From Methanothrix sp. (GTDB lineage Archaea > Halobacteriota > Methanosarcinia > Methanotrichales > Methanotrichaceae), in assembly GCA_037128175.1 (NCBI GenBank), contig JBAXWY010000030.1:1-33942 (forward strand): a stretch of DNA of 33,942 bases, written 5' to 3'. The translations under genes were made by a program, and so were the position numbers. Shown here piece by piece: positions 8,324 to 18,087 of the stretch. The notes under the pieces are model-generated. The model worked only from the letters and a program-made list of their open reading frames with translations, searched no databases and was not told the DNA's origin. How positions within the stretch are numbered: the stretch's first letter is position 1; each line of letters starts with the position of its first letter.

Positions 8324-9121
8324 CTAAAAAAATCGTGCCGCCTGAGTTGATATTTCATCTACAAACTTACATATTTCTTTCAGCACCACAGGATCGTTCA
8401 CCCAGATTCCTCCCTCGTAGTTGGCTTCTGTACCGCCTTTGGTAAGGTTGGCAGAAGTGACTATCGCCTCCTTCCGGTCTACCATGTAGATCTTGGCATG
8501 AAGCTTTGCTACCAGCACAACCTCTCCACCCAGTTCGTTGACCTCCTCCTGCAAATTGTCACTCAGGCCCAAAGAGTAGTCCGACTCGCTTCCTCGCATG
8601 AATACCCTCAGCTTTCCTCCTCTTCGGGAGAACTTTCTTAGTGGCCCTTTCATCCGGTTCCAGGTCTGCCTTTTTATCCAGGGTGACACGATTACTATAT
8701 CGAATTTGGCATATTCCAGCATGCGGTAGAGTTCGTCCTCGAATGCATGCCTTCCCTGGGGGGAACAGGTGCCCAGGAAAAGAACGCACGGATTTGTTTG
8801 AGATTTTGCGATGGAATCTTCCAAGAACTGCAGCCGCTTCGCGCCTGCATAATTCTCGGTCTGCTTGACTATCTTAAGCTCCTCTTCCAGTTCAAAGGCC
8901 CGTTCTTTCCACTTGAGCAATTGGGCAAAGTCACGCTGGAGCTGATCAATGCTGCCTTCTTTTTTCCTCAGTTTATCCTGGCAAAGGAGAAGGTTTTTTT
9001 GCAATTGCCGGCAGTCGTCTTGCAGCCTCTTGTTCCGGCTTTCCTGGAGCTGGATGATGCATACTGAGAATATCGCCAACACTAGAAAGATCAGCCATAT
9101 CAAATACTCATCCATAGCCAT
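8324..9121 (-). CDS. Membrane-anchored coiled-coil protein with single-HKD phospholipase D/nuclease domain
   Basis: N-terminal TM (LIWLIFLVLAIFSVCII), about 70-aa coiled coil, then IVSPWI, LHAKIYMVD (HxKxxxxD) and TSANLT...NYEGG. Confidence 0.85.
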   Translation of the reverse strand: MAMDEYLIWLIFLVLAIFSVCIIQLQESRNKRLQDDCRQLQKNLLLCQDKLRKKEGSIDQLQRDFAQLLKWKERAFELEEELKIVKQTENYAGAKRLQFLEDSIAKSQTNPCVLFLGTCSPQGRHAFEDELYRMLEYAKFDIVIVSPWIKRQTWNRMKGPLRKFSRRGGKLRVFMRGSESDYSLGLSDNLQEEVNELGGEVVLVAKLHAKIYMVDRKEAIVTSANLTKGGTEANYEGGIWVNDPVVLKEICKFVDEISTQAARFF

Positions 9122-9284
9122 CGACCTTTAGAAAGATCTCTCTTGCAAGTTATATAAAGATGGTGTAATCAATATACATATACTCTATTTAGAATTAAAT
9201 ATAAAAAAATCTGATAACAGAATATATCGAAAACATACCACTTGATTAATAAATTAATAAAAATGGATTTCAGGCATCCTCTGC

Positions 9285-10958
9285 CTAGAACATCCCCGGC
9301 GGCATGCCGCCCATTCCACCCATGCCGGGCGGCATTCCCATACCGCCCATTCCTGGTGGCATTCCACCTGCGCCGCGTGGTGGAGGCGTCTTGGTCGAAG
9401 CCAGAACATCATCGATGCGCAGAATGAGGCAGGCAGCATCAGTTGCCGACAAAAGAGCCTGAATCTTGACGCGGAGCGGCTCAACCACACCCAGCTTCAG
9501 CATATCCTCGATCTCACCGGTGTAGGCGTTAAGCCCCATGTTCTTGTTCGTGCCATGCCTGTTCTTCAGTTCGATAGCCTTGTCGATGGCATCAAAGCCG
9601 GCATTCTCGGCCAGGGTCTTGGGCACGATCTCCATGGCCTCAGCGAACTTGGTGACGGCCAGTTGCTCGCGGCCCTTTAAAGTGGATGCATACTCCCGCA
9701 GGCGCATGGAAAGCTCGATCTCTGGAGCTCCGCCGCCCGCCACCAGCTTGCCGTCCTCCACCACATCGGCCACGGCGTGAAGGGCATCGTCTAAAGCTCT
9801 CTCCATGCCGTTTAGGACCTGCTGAGTGCCGCCCCGCAGCAGAAGGGTTGCAGAATGATTCTTGGTGCCGGTGATAAAGGTCATGATACCGCTTCCCATG
9901 CGCTTTTCCTCTACCAGGGCGGCGCTGCCAAGATCGCTGGGACCTAGCTCATCCAGGCCCGTGACGATGTTAGCTCCCGTAGCTTTGGCCAGCTTGTCCA
10001 TGTCCTTTTTGATGACGCGACGCAGAGCTAGAATTCCGGCGTCAGCCAGGTGGTGCTGGGCCAGATCGTCGATGCCTTTTTGGCAGAAGACCACGGTGGC
10101 GCCGCTGGCAATCACTTTATCAGCAGCCTCTTTTATCCTCAGTTTCTCATGATCCATGAATAGCTGGAACTGAGTGGCGGAGGTGATCTGCAGCTCGGTC
10201 TTGGTCTCGGTTTCCTTGGACTCGATGGCTGTGGAGAGAAGAGCAATTTTGGCATTCACAACCTTGCGGGGCATGTTCTGGTGGACGATCTCTTTATCGA
10301 TCGCTATGCCTTCAATGATCTGTGAATCCAGGGTGCTCTCGCCGACCTTCTTTTCCACATTGACCCGGTCCATGTCAAAGCTTTTCTTGCCGTTGTAGGT
10401 CTCAATGGCGTTGAGGACCAGGTCAACGGCATAACTGGCCATCTTGCTGTCCGGGGACTCGGCCAGCTTTCCGGTCATGGCCGTCTCGGCGATCCTCTCC
10501 AGGAGAGCGCGATCGTTTTCCGAGGCATCAAATGATATGGATTTCACAATCTGCACGGCCTTTTCCGCAGCCATTCTGTACCCCTGCACAATCATGGTGG
10601 GGTGAACCTTCTGGTCTATGAGGACCTCGGCTTTCTTGAGCAGCTCGCCGGCCAGGATGGCCACGGTGGTGGTGCCGTCGCCTACCTCCTTATCCTGGGT
10701 CTTGGCAGCCTCGATAAGCATCTTAGCCGCGGGATGCTGTACATCCATCTCTTTTAAGATAGTCACGCCATCATTGGTGATGGTTACGTCTCCAATGGAG
10801 TCCACCAGCAATTTGTCCATGCCTTTGGGGCCCAGGGTGCTCCTCACCGCGTTGGCCACGGCGCGGGCAGCCATGATGTTATTCGAGATAGCATCTCTTC
10901 CCGACTCTCTGCGGGTGTCCCTTAAAATGATAATTGGCGATCCGCCCATTCCTGCCAT
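9285..10958 (-). CDS. ths: Thermosome subunit (group II chaperonin)
   Basis: [23 protein letters not shown] and GGGAPE motifs; Gly-Gly-Met C-terminal tail. Confidence 0.97.
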   Translation of the reverse strand: MAGMGGSPIIILRDTRRESGRDAISNNIMAARAVANAVRSTLGPKGMDKLLVDSIGDVTITNDGVTILKEMDVQHPAAKMLIEAAKTQDKEVGDGTTTVAILAGELLKKAEVLIDQKVHPTMIVQGYRMAAEKAVQIVKSISFDASENDRALLERIAETAMTGKLAESPDSKMASYAVDLVLNAIETYNGKKSFDMDRVNVEKKVGESTLDSQIIEGIAIDKEIVHQNMPRKVVNAKIALLSTAIESKETETKTELQITSATQFQLFMDHEKLRIKEAADKVIASGATVVFCQKGIDDLAQHHLADAGILALRRVIKKDMDKLAKATGANIVTGLDELGPSDLGSAALVEEKRMGSGIMTFITGTKNHSATLLLRGGTQQVLNGMERALDDALHAVADVVEDGKLVAGGGAPEIELSMRLREYASTLKGREQLAVTKFAEAMEIVPKTLAENAGFDAIDKAIELKNRHGTNKNMGLNAYTGEIEDMLKLGVVEPLRVKIQALLSATDAACLILRIDDVLASTKTPPPRGAGGMPPGMGGMGMPPGMGGMGGMPPGMF

Positions 10959-11148
10959 TTTGATAATCCTCCAGTATTGCGATTTCTCAGGTTCACAGTA
11001 TTTGATCTTCTATAAAAGAATTTCCCCAAAATACGACAGCATACGATTGTTCCAGGGCATCCAATGATTGGCCGCGAGGATAAGGGCAGAAACTATAAGT
11101 ACAGGAAGGTCATCAGTACCCATGCTAACCCAATCAGAGGAATCAAAA

Positions 11149-11343
11149 ATGGTAAATGGAACAGTTAAGTTTTTCAACAGAGTCAAGAGCTTTGGATTCA
11201 TAGCAGGCGACGATGGTAAGGACTATTTTGTACACGTTACTGGCCTGAAGCCCGGTGTCACTATCGATGAGGGTGACAAGGTAAGCTTCGAGGTCATTGA
11301 GGGCGAGAAAGGCCCCAAGGCTGACAAAGTAGATAAGCAGTAA
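11149..11343 (+). CDS. csp: Cold-shock domain protein (CspA family)
   Basis: 64 aa from ATG 11149 after GAGGA: GTVKFFN, KSFGFI (RNP1), YFVH (RNP2), GEKGPKA. Confidence 0.95.
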   Translation: MVNGTVKFFNRVKSFGFIAGDDGKDYFVHVTGLKPGVTIDEGDKVSFEVIEGEKGPKADKVDKQ

Positions 11344-11379
11344 ACACTCGCAGTGATAGTATAGTAGAAAAATGGAAAG

Positions 11380-11402
11380 AAAAGCTGAAAGGCTTTTTTT
11401 TT
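11380..11402 (+). terminator. Hairpin plus T-tract terminator after csp
   Basis: AAAAGC-TGAAAG-GCTTTT followed by further T residues. Confidence 0.6.
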
Positions 11403-11540
11403 CATTCTTCTATTATTATTAACTTTACTTTTTAGTCATATTTGCATTATTCTGTTTTGCATTTTCGTATTTCCCGCTGGCAACCTGGCAAAACCTTTTT
11501 CCTATCCTCGTTCTATGAAATGCGAGAGGAGATCGATGCG

Positions 11541-14498
11541 TTGTCTGCACCACAGGAGATAGTTGAGCTTGTAGAGAGATTTAGCAGCAGGATAAACGAG
11601 TATCGCTCCAGCCAGTACAACGAGACCGAGCTACGGGGTGAGTTTGTAAATCCCTTCTTTGCGGCATTAGGCTGGGACGTGCACAACCGACAGGGCCTGT
11701 CGAGCGACAGCAAAGAGGTGAAGCTGGAAGAGTCCATCCGCATGGAGGAGAGCATCAAGAATCCGGATTACAGCTTTCGATTAGGAAAAAGCCGCCGGTT
11801 CTTTGTGGAGACCAAAAAGCCCTCCATCAACATCGAGGGGGGTGTTTATCCTGCTTTCCAACTGCGCAGATACGCCTGGTCGGCGAGCCTTGCCGTCTCC
11901 ATTCTTACGGACTTCGAGGAGTTTGCCGTCTACGATTGCCGGGCAGAGCCCAGCAAGACGGACAAGCCGGGCAAAGGTCGCCTTCTCTACCTGCAATACG
12001 ACCAGTACGTGGAGCGTTGGGACGAGATTGCCGCCCTCTTTTCCAAGGAAGCGGTGCTGGGCGGATCGCTGGAAAGGTTTATCGAGTCGATACCGGAGAA
12101 GCGGGGCATCAAGCGAGTGGACGCAGCCCTGCTGGAGGAGATCTCGCTCTGGCGCGAGGCCCTGGCCAGGAGCATTGCCCTGCATAATCCAGCCCTCAGC
12201 CAGCGGGATCTGAACTTTTCCGTGCAAAGGACAATTGACCGGCTCCTATTCTTGCGCATTTGCGAGGATAGGGCCATCGAGGAGTACGGACGGCTCAAGG
12301 CGCTGCTCAAGGTGGAAGGGGTCTACGTCCATCTGCTCCAGCTCTTCGCCGAGGCGGACGAGCGCTACAACTCCGGCATCTTCCACTTCCAGGAGGAGCG
12401 GGAGAGGAAGGAGTCTCCCGACAGCCTGACCACGGCTCTGGTCATCGATGATGCCACGTTAAAAGAGATCATTCAGGACCTTTACTTCCCGGACAGCCCT
12501 TATGTCTTCTCCGAGATCCCGGCAGAGATTTTAGGCCAGGTTTATGAGCAATTTTTAGGCAAGGTCATCCGGCTGGAGGAAGGCCACAAAGCGATAGTGG
12601 AGGACAAGCCTGAGGTGCGAAAAGCGGGCGGAGTCTACTACACGCCTCCCTACATCGTGGAGTACATTGTCAAGAACACCGTGGGTAAGCTTTTGCAGGA
12701 CAATACTCCCGCCAAAGCGGCACAGCTTCGTCTCCTCGATCCTGCCTGCGGCTCGGGCTCGTTTCTCATCGGAGCCTACCAGTTCCTGCTGGACTGGCAC
12801 ATGGACTGGTACCGTGCCAACCTGGTTCCCCTTTTGGAGAAAAACCAGTCCACCGCTTCGCCCGAAGTGCTGCGGCTCCTACCGGCTGCGCCCGAGCAGC
12901 GCTCTGACCGGCGGGCCAGGAAGATCCACGCCCGCGCCGCCCAGGCATCGCTGCCCATCTTCAAGGCCAACGGCAACGAATGGAGTCTGACCACCACAGA
13001 GAGAAAGCGCATCTTGCAGAGCAACATTTATGGGGTGGACATCGACCCGCAGGCGGTGGAGGTGACCAAGCTCTCGCTCTTGCTGAAGGTCCTGGAAGGC
13101 GAGACAGAGGAGAGCATCAGCAGCCTGCTGCGCTACTTCAAAGAGCGGGCCTTGCCGGATCTGGGCAGCAATATCAAGTGCGGAAACTCACTTATAGGCT
13201 ACGATTATTATGATGATCATAAGAACCTGAGCACAGAAGAGGTGCAGAGGATCAACGCCTTCGAGTGGAAGACAGAGTTCCCAGAGATCTTTGAGCGAGG
13301 CGGGTTTGATGCGGTGATAGGCAATCCGCCGTATATCGAAAATCGATTATTGCTGCAGAGCACTGTTGACTATTTTCATGGCAACTACCAATCAGCGGGT
13401 GGAAGACTAAATACGTTTTCCTTATTCATCGAACAAAGTATAAATCAATTGGATAATGGCGGTCGTCTCGGAGTAATTATCCACCGAAATGCAATTAAAT
13501 CCAATTATTATCATAAACTTAGGGAATTCATCCTGAACACAACTTGTGTTGAGGAAATCGTCGATTTAAAGGGAGGCATTTTTGAAGGAGTAACAGGAGA
13601 GATGGTAATTCTGATATTAGTAAAAGAATGTGAAGCTAAAAAAAGAAATGCCATACAAACAAAAATTTTATCTAAAATAAAGGATTTATCTAAAAATGAG
13701 TTTGAGCGAAGCGAAATAAATCAGGATTTTTTTAATAAACTACCAGGTTATCGATTAAATATTTATATTTCTAAGGATGATGTTAAGTTATTAACAAAGA
13801 TTGAGCAAAATTCAATTCCATTGATCAAGATAGCTGAGACAAAACAGGGCATTATTGTCGGCGATGAATCGAAGTATATATCAAATTCTGAGATTAATGA
13901 CAAATACAAAAAGATATTGAGAGGGCGTAATATCGGAAGGTATAAAATAAATTATAAAGGAGATTATTTGTATTATGATAATAAAGCTTTAACTAGAGCG
14001 AGAGAGCAGAGAATTTTTGAGTGTAAAAAGAAGATATTGACTCAACATGTGAGCGATAAAATCATTGCAGCACTTGACGAAGACCAATATTATGCACTAC
14101 AAACCATAAATGTTGTTCTTATGAAAGATACATGTTTATCTGTAGAATATATTTTGGCTTTATTAAATTCGAAACTCTTAAATTTTTATTACGAGAAATA
14201 CTTTAATATGGGTGCAGATTTCACGACAGCAGTCGCGACAGAGAATCTTAATACACTGCCCATATATAATTTAAATTTCAATGACAAATCATGCAGAGGA
14301 TTTCACGACAATCTATCACAATTAGCCATTCAAATTTCTGAATTTAATAAAAAATTAGATAACAGCTTGAATGAATTTGAAAAATTGTTGATCACACGTC
14401 AGATCGAGGCCACGGACCGGCAGATCGACAGGCTGGTGTACGAGCTCTACGGGCTAACGGAAGAGGAGATCGGGATTGTGGAGAACGCGGCAAAATAG
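11541..14498 (+). CDS. Type IIG (Eco57I-like) fused restriction-modification enzyme: REase + N6-adenine MTase + TaqI-C-like TRD
   Basis: PDY...VETKK nuclease motif, QLRRYAW, GVYYTPP, LDPACGSGSFL (motif I), GVDID, GNPPY (motif IV) and C-terminal DRQIDRLVYELYGL. Start placed at the in-frame TTG 11541 after a GAGGAG RBS (the ORF track starts at 11442). Confidence 0.93.
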   Translation: MSAPQEIVELVERFSSRINEYRSSQYNETELRGEFVNPFFAALGWDVHNRQGLSSDSKEVKLEESIRMEESIKNPDYSFRLGKSRRFFVETKKPSINIEGGVYPAFQLRRYAWSASLAVSILTDFEEFAVYDCRAEPSKTDKPGKGRLLYLQYDQYVERWDEIAALFSKEAVLGGSLERFIESIPEKRGIKRVDAALLEEISLWREALARSIALHNPALSQRDLNFSVQRTIDRLLFLRICEDRAIEEYGRLKALLKVEGVYVHLLQLFAEADERYNSGIFHFQEERERKESPDSLTTALVIDDATLKEIIQDLYFPDSPYVFSEIPAEILGQVYEQFLGKVIRLEEGHKAIVEDKPEVRKAGGVYYTPPYIVEYIVKNTVGKLLQDNTPAKAAQLRLLDPACGSGSFLIGAYQFLLDWHMDWYRANLVPLLEKNQSTASPEVLRLLPAAPEQRSDRRARKIHARAAQASLPIFKANGNEWSLTTTERKRILQSNIYGVDIDPQAVEVTKLSLLLKVLEGETEESISSLLRYFKERALPDLGSNIKCGNSLIGYDYYDDHKNLSTEEVQRINAFEWKTEFPEIFERGGFDAVIGNPPYIENRLLLQSTVDYFHGNYQSAGGRLNTFSLFIEQSINQLDNGGRLGVIIHRNAIKSNYYHKLREFILNTTCVEEIVDLKGGIFEGVTGEMVILILVKECEAKKRNAIQTKILSKIKDLSKNEFERSEINQDFFNKLPGYRLNIYISKDDVKLLTKIEQNSIPLIKIAETKQGIIVGDESKYISNSEINDKYKKILRGRNIGRYKINYKGDYLYYDNKALTRAREQRIFECKKKILTQHVSDKIIAALDEDQYYALQTINVVLMKDTCLSVEYILALLNSKLLNFYYEKYFNMGADFTTAVATENLNTLPIYNLNFNDKSCRGFHDNLSQLAIQISEFNKKLDNSLNEFEKLLITRQIEATDRQIDRLVYELYGLTEEEIGIVENAAK

Positions 14499-14572
14499 GG
14501 AAAAAGCAAATCTTTAATATGCAATTGGCCATATTAAACGAATACTAAAAGTCAACTACGGTCGAGGATGAA

Positions 14573-14704
14573 ATGGAAGTACAGCATGTTTGTGATGGGA
14601 ACGCAGATTGGGACCCATCGAAGTACAGAGGAATGTACAAAAACCTGAAGGTGGATGTCAAAAAAGAGAGCGCAGCTTTAAGGAACGAATGGACAAGGGA
14701 ATGA
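14573..14704 (+). CDS. 43-aa small ORF, possibly an orphan antitoxin-like peptide
   Basis: MEVQHVCDGNADWDPSKYRGMYKNLKVDVKKESAALRNEWTRE; GAGGA RBS; its TGA overlaps the next ATG (ATGA at 14701-14704). Confidence 0.45.
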   Translation: MEVQHVCDGNADWDPSKYRGMYKNLKVDVKKESAALRNEWTRE

Positions 14705-15474
14705 AAAATGATGGTGAAGTGGTCGAGAGCCCGACGGTCCGTTTCTGGGAGGTGGATTTCCTGCGAGGCGGGGCCATCCTCCTCATGGTCCTCTACCATC
14801 TGGTCTTCGATCTGGACTATTTCGCCGTCTACGATATCGATGTCTCTTCCGGCTTCTGGCTGGCAGTGGCCCGCCTCACCGCCTCGCTCTTTCTCCTCCT
14901 CGTCGGACTCTCCCTCACCCTGAGCCACTCTCGGGCAAAGCTCTTGGGGCAGGAAGATCGGTTTCGCCTGCGGCTTTTGAAGAGGAGCGCCTGGATACTG
15001 GGCCTGGCCCTGGGCATTACCATCGTTACCTATCTCTTCATCGGCAAAGGATTCATCGTCTTTGGAGTGCTGCACCTCATCGGCCTCTCGCTACTGCTGG
15101 CCTATCCATTTCTTCGGCTGCACAAGGCGAACTTCATTTTCGGATTATTAATTATACTATTAGGAATATATTTACAGAACATCAGCGTCAGCTTTCCCTG
15201 GCTGCTCTGGCTGGGGCTGGCGCCGGCGGGCTTCTATTCGGTGGATTACTTTCCCGTCTTTCCCTGGTTCGGGGTGATTCTGGTGGGGATGGGGCTGGGA
15301 GATCGGCTCTATCCCGGCTACCGGCGCAGGATTCCGGTGCCGGATCTTGCCGGGTCGCCCTTTGTGAGAGCTCTGGCATTTCTGGGAAGAAACTCGCTGG
15401 CCGTCTATCTGGTCCATCAGCCGGTGATGATCGCTATTTTGTATCTCGGTGGTGTCTCGTTAACCTGGCATTAG
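14701..15474 (+). CDS. DUF1624 / heparan-alpha-glucosaminide N-acetyltransferase-like membrane protein
   Basis: RFWEVDFLRGGAILLMVLYH, FGVLHLIG, DYFPVFPW and GRNSLAVYLVHQP motifs. Start placed at ATG 14701. Confidence 0.88.
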   Translation: MKNDGEVVESPTVRFWEVDFLRGGAILLMVLYHLVFDLDYFAVYDIDVSSGFWLAVARLTASLFLLLVGLSLTLSHSRAKLLGQEDRFRLRLLKRSAWILGLALGITIVTYLFIGKGFIVFGVLHLIGLSLLLAYPFLRLHKANFIFGLLIILLGIYLQNISVSFPWLLWLGLAPAGFYSVDYFPVFPWFGVILVGMGLGDRLYPGYRRRIPVPDLAGSPFVRALAFLGRNSLAVYLVHQPVMIAILYLGGVSLTWH

Positions 15475-15531
15475 AATCCAGGGATTGCTGCGCAAGACAA
15501 AAATAGCAGGGAGACGCCGGGAAGGATAACC

Positions 15532-15726
15532 ATGAACGGACAACATAGGAAAGACATCCGCCCCGGCCTGACCGTGGACGTCGTCCTCAAGAACGACCAG
15601 CGCACCGGCAAAAGAACACGTGGCATCGTCAAAGAGCTGCTGACCAGTTCCCCCACCCATCCGCACGGCATCAAAGTAAGGCTGGCGGACGGCCAGGTGG
15701 GCCGGGTGCAGGAGATCATCGAATAA
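15532..15726 (+). CDS. YwbE family protein (DUF2196)
   Basis: VLKNDQRTG...LLTSSPTHPHGIKVRLADGQVGRV signature. Confidence 0.9.
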   Translation: MNGQHRKDIRPGLTVDVVLKNDQRTGKRTRGIVKELLTSSPTHPHGIKVRLADGQVGRVQEIIE

Positions 15727-15760
15727 CTTTTTATCTCACCATTTCCACACACCCTGCTCA

Positions 15761-16045
15761 ATGGTAAAAGAAGTACATGCCGCACACATTCTGTGCAAGA
15801 CGGAAAAGAAAGCAATCGAGGTTGCAGAAAAGCTGGCCACGGGGCAGGAAAACTTTGCCGAGATGGCTCGCAAATACTCGCTGTGCCCTTCCGGCAAAAA
15901 CAGCGGCGACCTGGGCTGGTTTGGCAAGGGCAAAATGGCCCTGGAGTTTGAGAAGGCCGCCTTCGAGGGCGAGAAGGGCAAGATCCTGGGGCCGGTTAAG
16001 ACCCAGTTCGGCTATCACCTGATCAAGGTCCTGGATAGGAAATAA
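15761..16045 (+). CDS. ppiC: Parvulin-type peptidyl-prolyl isomerase
   Basis: AAHIL, FAEMARKYSLCPSG, GDLGWF and PVKTQFGYHLI motifs; 94 aa. Confidence 0.93.
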   Translation: MVKEVHAAHILCKTEKKAIEVAEKLATGQENFAEMARKYSLCPSGKNSGDLGWFGKGKMALEFEKAAFEGEKGKILGPVKTQFGYHLIKVLDRK

Positions 16046-16085
16046 AAAAGGCCTCTCCCAGGAAGGGCCAACAAGCTTTTTTTTT
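16045..16085. terminator. Probable bidirectional terminator
   Basis: A-tract, imperfect GGCC...GGCC hairpin (16050-16069) and T-tract between convergent genes. Confidence 0.55.
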
Positions 16086-16686
16086 ACCGATCCCGCATCT
16101 TTTGCATATCAGGCCCGGCTTTCTTCAGTTCCACCTGGCCGCGCGTGAGATTGCCTTGCAGAATATCATCCTTCGATTGGGATATCGCCGTAGATATGTT
16201 GTTCATCTCGATAGTAAAATTGCCGTCGAACTTGATCGTCAGCGGTTTGTATTTGCTGTACTTTTTAGAAAAAGCCGCAAAGGCGCTCTCCAACTCTCCA
16301 TAGCGCATTGTTGCATTATCACTCCTTCCCTGATCCAGGGAATGCAGCGCCTGGTTATAGGACTCGTTTACAATGCCTAAATCCTCCAGAAAGATGCTCT
16401 TGGTCAAGACTGCGCTGGCATAGCTGCCCGCCGCGGCGAGAAGCAGGGCCACGACAACAAAGGCAGTCATGAGATTCTTGTCTTTGCGCCGGACGATCTC
16501 GCATCTGTTCCAGCCCAGCAAGTTGTAGATGCTGCAAGTAGCCGTGGCCGCCTGAAGCAGCATCACTCCGGCGATCAGGTAAAGGGGGATCTGCCACTCC
16601 GTAGTTACCCAAAAGAAGGCCACAAGGATGCATATCTCTGCCAGAATTACCCTTAAAAGCCGATCCATGATGCCAAGGTTCTTCAT
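16084..16686 (-). CDS. DUF2892 (YgaP-like) membrane protein with an extra TM and helical C-terminal domain
   Basis: KNLGIMDRLLRV...CSIYNLLGWNRC DUF2892 pattern, then a third TM and a soluble helical region. Confidence 0.78.
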   Translation of the reverse strand: MKNLGIMDRLLRVILAEICILVAFFWVTTEWQIPLYLIAGVMLLQAATATCSIYNLLGWNRCEIVRRKDKNLMTAFVVVALLLAAAGSYASAVLTKSIFLEDLGIVNESYNQALHSLDQGRSDNATMRYGELESAFAAFSKKYSKYKPLTIKFDGNFTIEMNNISTAISQSKDDILQGNLTRGQVELKKAGPDMQKMRDR

Positions 16687-16799
16687 GAGAACGACTGTAT
16701 TTGTTTGGGATTATAAGTCTTTGCGGCAGGAAGTAAGCATTAGAAGATGACGATCCTGAATGAAGTCCATTTAAATAGTATGAAAAAAGGTTTCGTCCC

Positions 16800-17471
16800 A
16801 TGCCTCCTGTATCTAAAATCATCCTTAACAATCTTTTGGATTTTAAGGAAGTTTACGATATAAGTGCGCCGCTAAACACGGTGCCCGCCTACCCCGGAGA
16901 CAGGCCCTACTTCCAGGAGTGGATGGCAAGGTTGGATAAAGGCGATGACTATAGTTTATCCGCCTTGGCTCTCAGCTCTCATGCCGGCACCCATCTGGAT
17001 TTTCCCTCCCATCTGCTAAAAAGCGGCAAGACCCAGGAACAGTATCCCATGAAGCGCTTTATCATCCCGGCAGAGGTCATCTCCGTTTCGGGAGATGGGC
17101 CGGTCCTGCCGTCCAGCTTGCCGGTCTGCAAGATTGATAAAGGTCAGGCTCTGCTCTTTAAGACCGGCAATTCCAAAAAGAGGCTCATGCATCAAGCCGC
17201 CTTCTCGGAAGAGTTTGTCTGCCTTTCGTTGGACTTGGCGCAACTTTGTGTTGCCAAAGAGGTCAGCCTGGTGGGGATCGATTACCTCTCCGTAGATAAA
17301 TATGGGGACGACTCAATGCCAGTGCATCGCACTCTTCTGGAAAATGATGTTCTCATCCTGGAAGGCATCGATCTTGCAGCTGTTCCTTGTGGCAGATACC
17401 GCCTCATCTGCCTTCCCCTGAGCGTAAAGGATGCAGAAGCCTCTCCGGTGCGAGCTGTCTTAGTAAGGTGA
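16800..17471 (+). CDS. Cyclase family (kynurenine formamidase-like) metal-dependent hydrolase
   Basis: YPGD, HAGTHLDFP (HxGTHxDxP), GIDYLSVD, ILEG and ASPVRAV motifs. Confidence 0.9.
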   Translation: MPPVSKIILNNLLDFKEVYDISAPLNTVPAYPGDRPYFQEWMARLDKGDDYSLSALALSSHAGTHLDFPSHLLKSGKTQEQYPMKRFIIPAEVISVSGDGPVLPSSLPVCKIDKGQALLFKTGNSKKRLMHQAAFSEEFVCLSLDLAQLCVAKEVSLVGIDYLSVDKYGDDSMPVHRTLLENDVLILEGIDLAAVPCGRYRLICLPLSVKDAEASPVRAVLVR

Positions 17472-17490
17472 TGATACGGACCCGCTGCAT

Positions 17491-17886
17491 ATGTTCCGAT
17501 CCGCCCTGGAAGTCATGCATGAGGCGATCTGCCTTTGTGACCTGAACGGGGCTGTTCTTTACATGAATTCTGCGGCAAAGGAACTGACGGGATGGCAGGA
17601 AGGATCTGCTTGCCATGAGATCAGCCGCCAAATCCTGATCGATTCCGGCCAGACTGCCTGCGGGAATGTCAGACTAAACGGCAGGCACCTCTACTATTCC
17701 ATCTCACCTATGCCGAATGATACACAGCCATGCGGTTTTTTGGTCATCCTGAAAAGCACGCCCAAAGACGATCTGCGTAAAAGGGACAGAATATTGGCTG
17801 GTGCGGCTTTAGCAACGATCCAAAAGAGGGCTAAAATCGGACCTGACCTCATCAAGTTCATCGCCAGCAACAAGGTAACTGCTTGA
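17491..17886 (+). pseudogene. Lone PAS-domain ORF, probable truncated or internally deleted sensor protein
   Basis: PAS signature (EAICLCDLNGAVLYMNSAAKELTGW) followed by the start of a coiled helix (RDRILAGAALAT) and an abrupt end; no output domain. Confidence 0.55.
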
Positions 17887-18087
17887 AGCCCAAGCAGACA
17901 TTTTTCTTTTCTTCAAATCATTATTTTCCAGAACGAAGAAATACACGCATTCATCTTGAAGCAACCCATGAAAAAGCATCCTGTCGCATGAGATAGCATA
18001 TATGACCAAAGTGCCCGAACCTAAAGCGTGTTGTGTCTCGGAGTATTGCAGCCCCTTGGAGTCAAGACCAGACGATTTGCGAGATAG

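Noticed and set aside
9290-9370. Short GC-rich repeats at the thermosome 3' end
   Set aside because: Ordinary GGM/PPGM chaperonin tail.
8324-14498. PLD + adenine MTase as a DISARM or BREX system
   Set aside because: No drmA/drmB helicases, pglZ or brxC. The genes are separated by thermosome and csp and lie on opposite strands, and the MTase carries its own REase domain.
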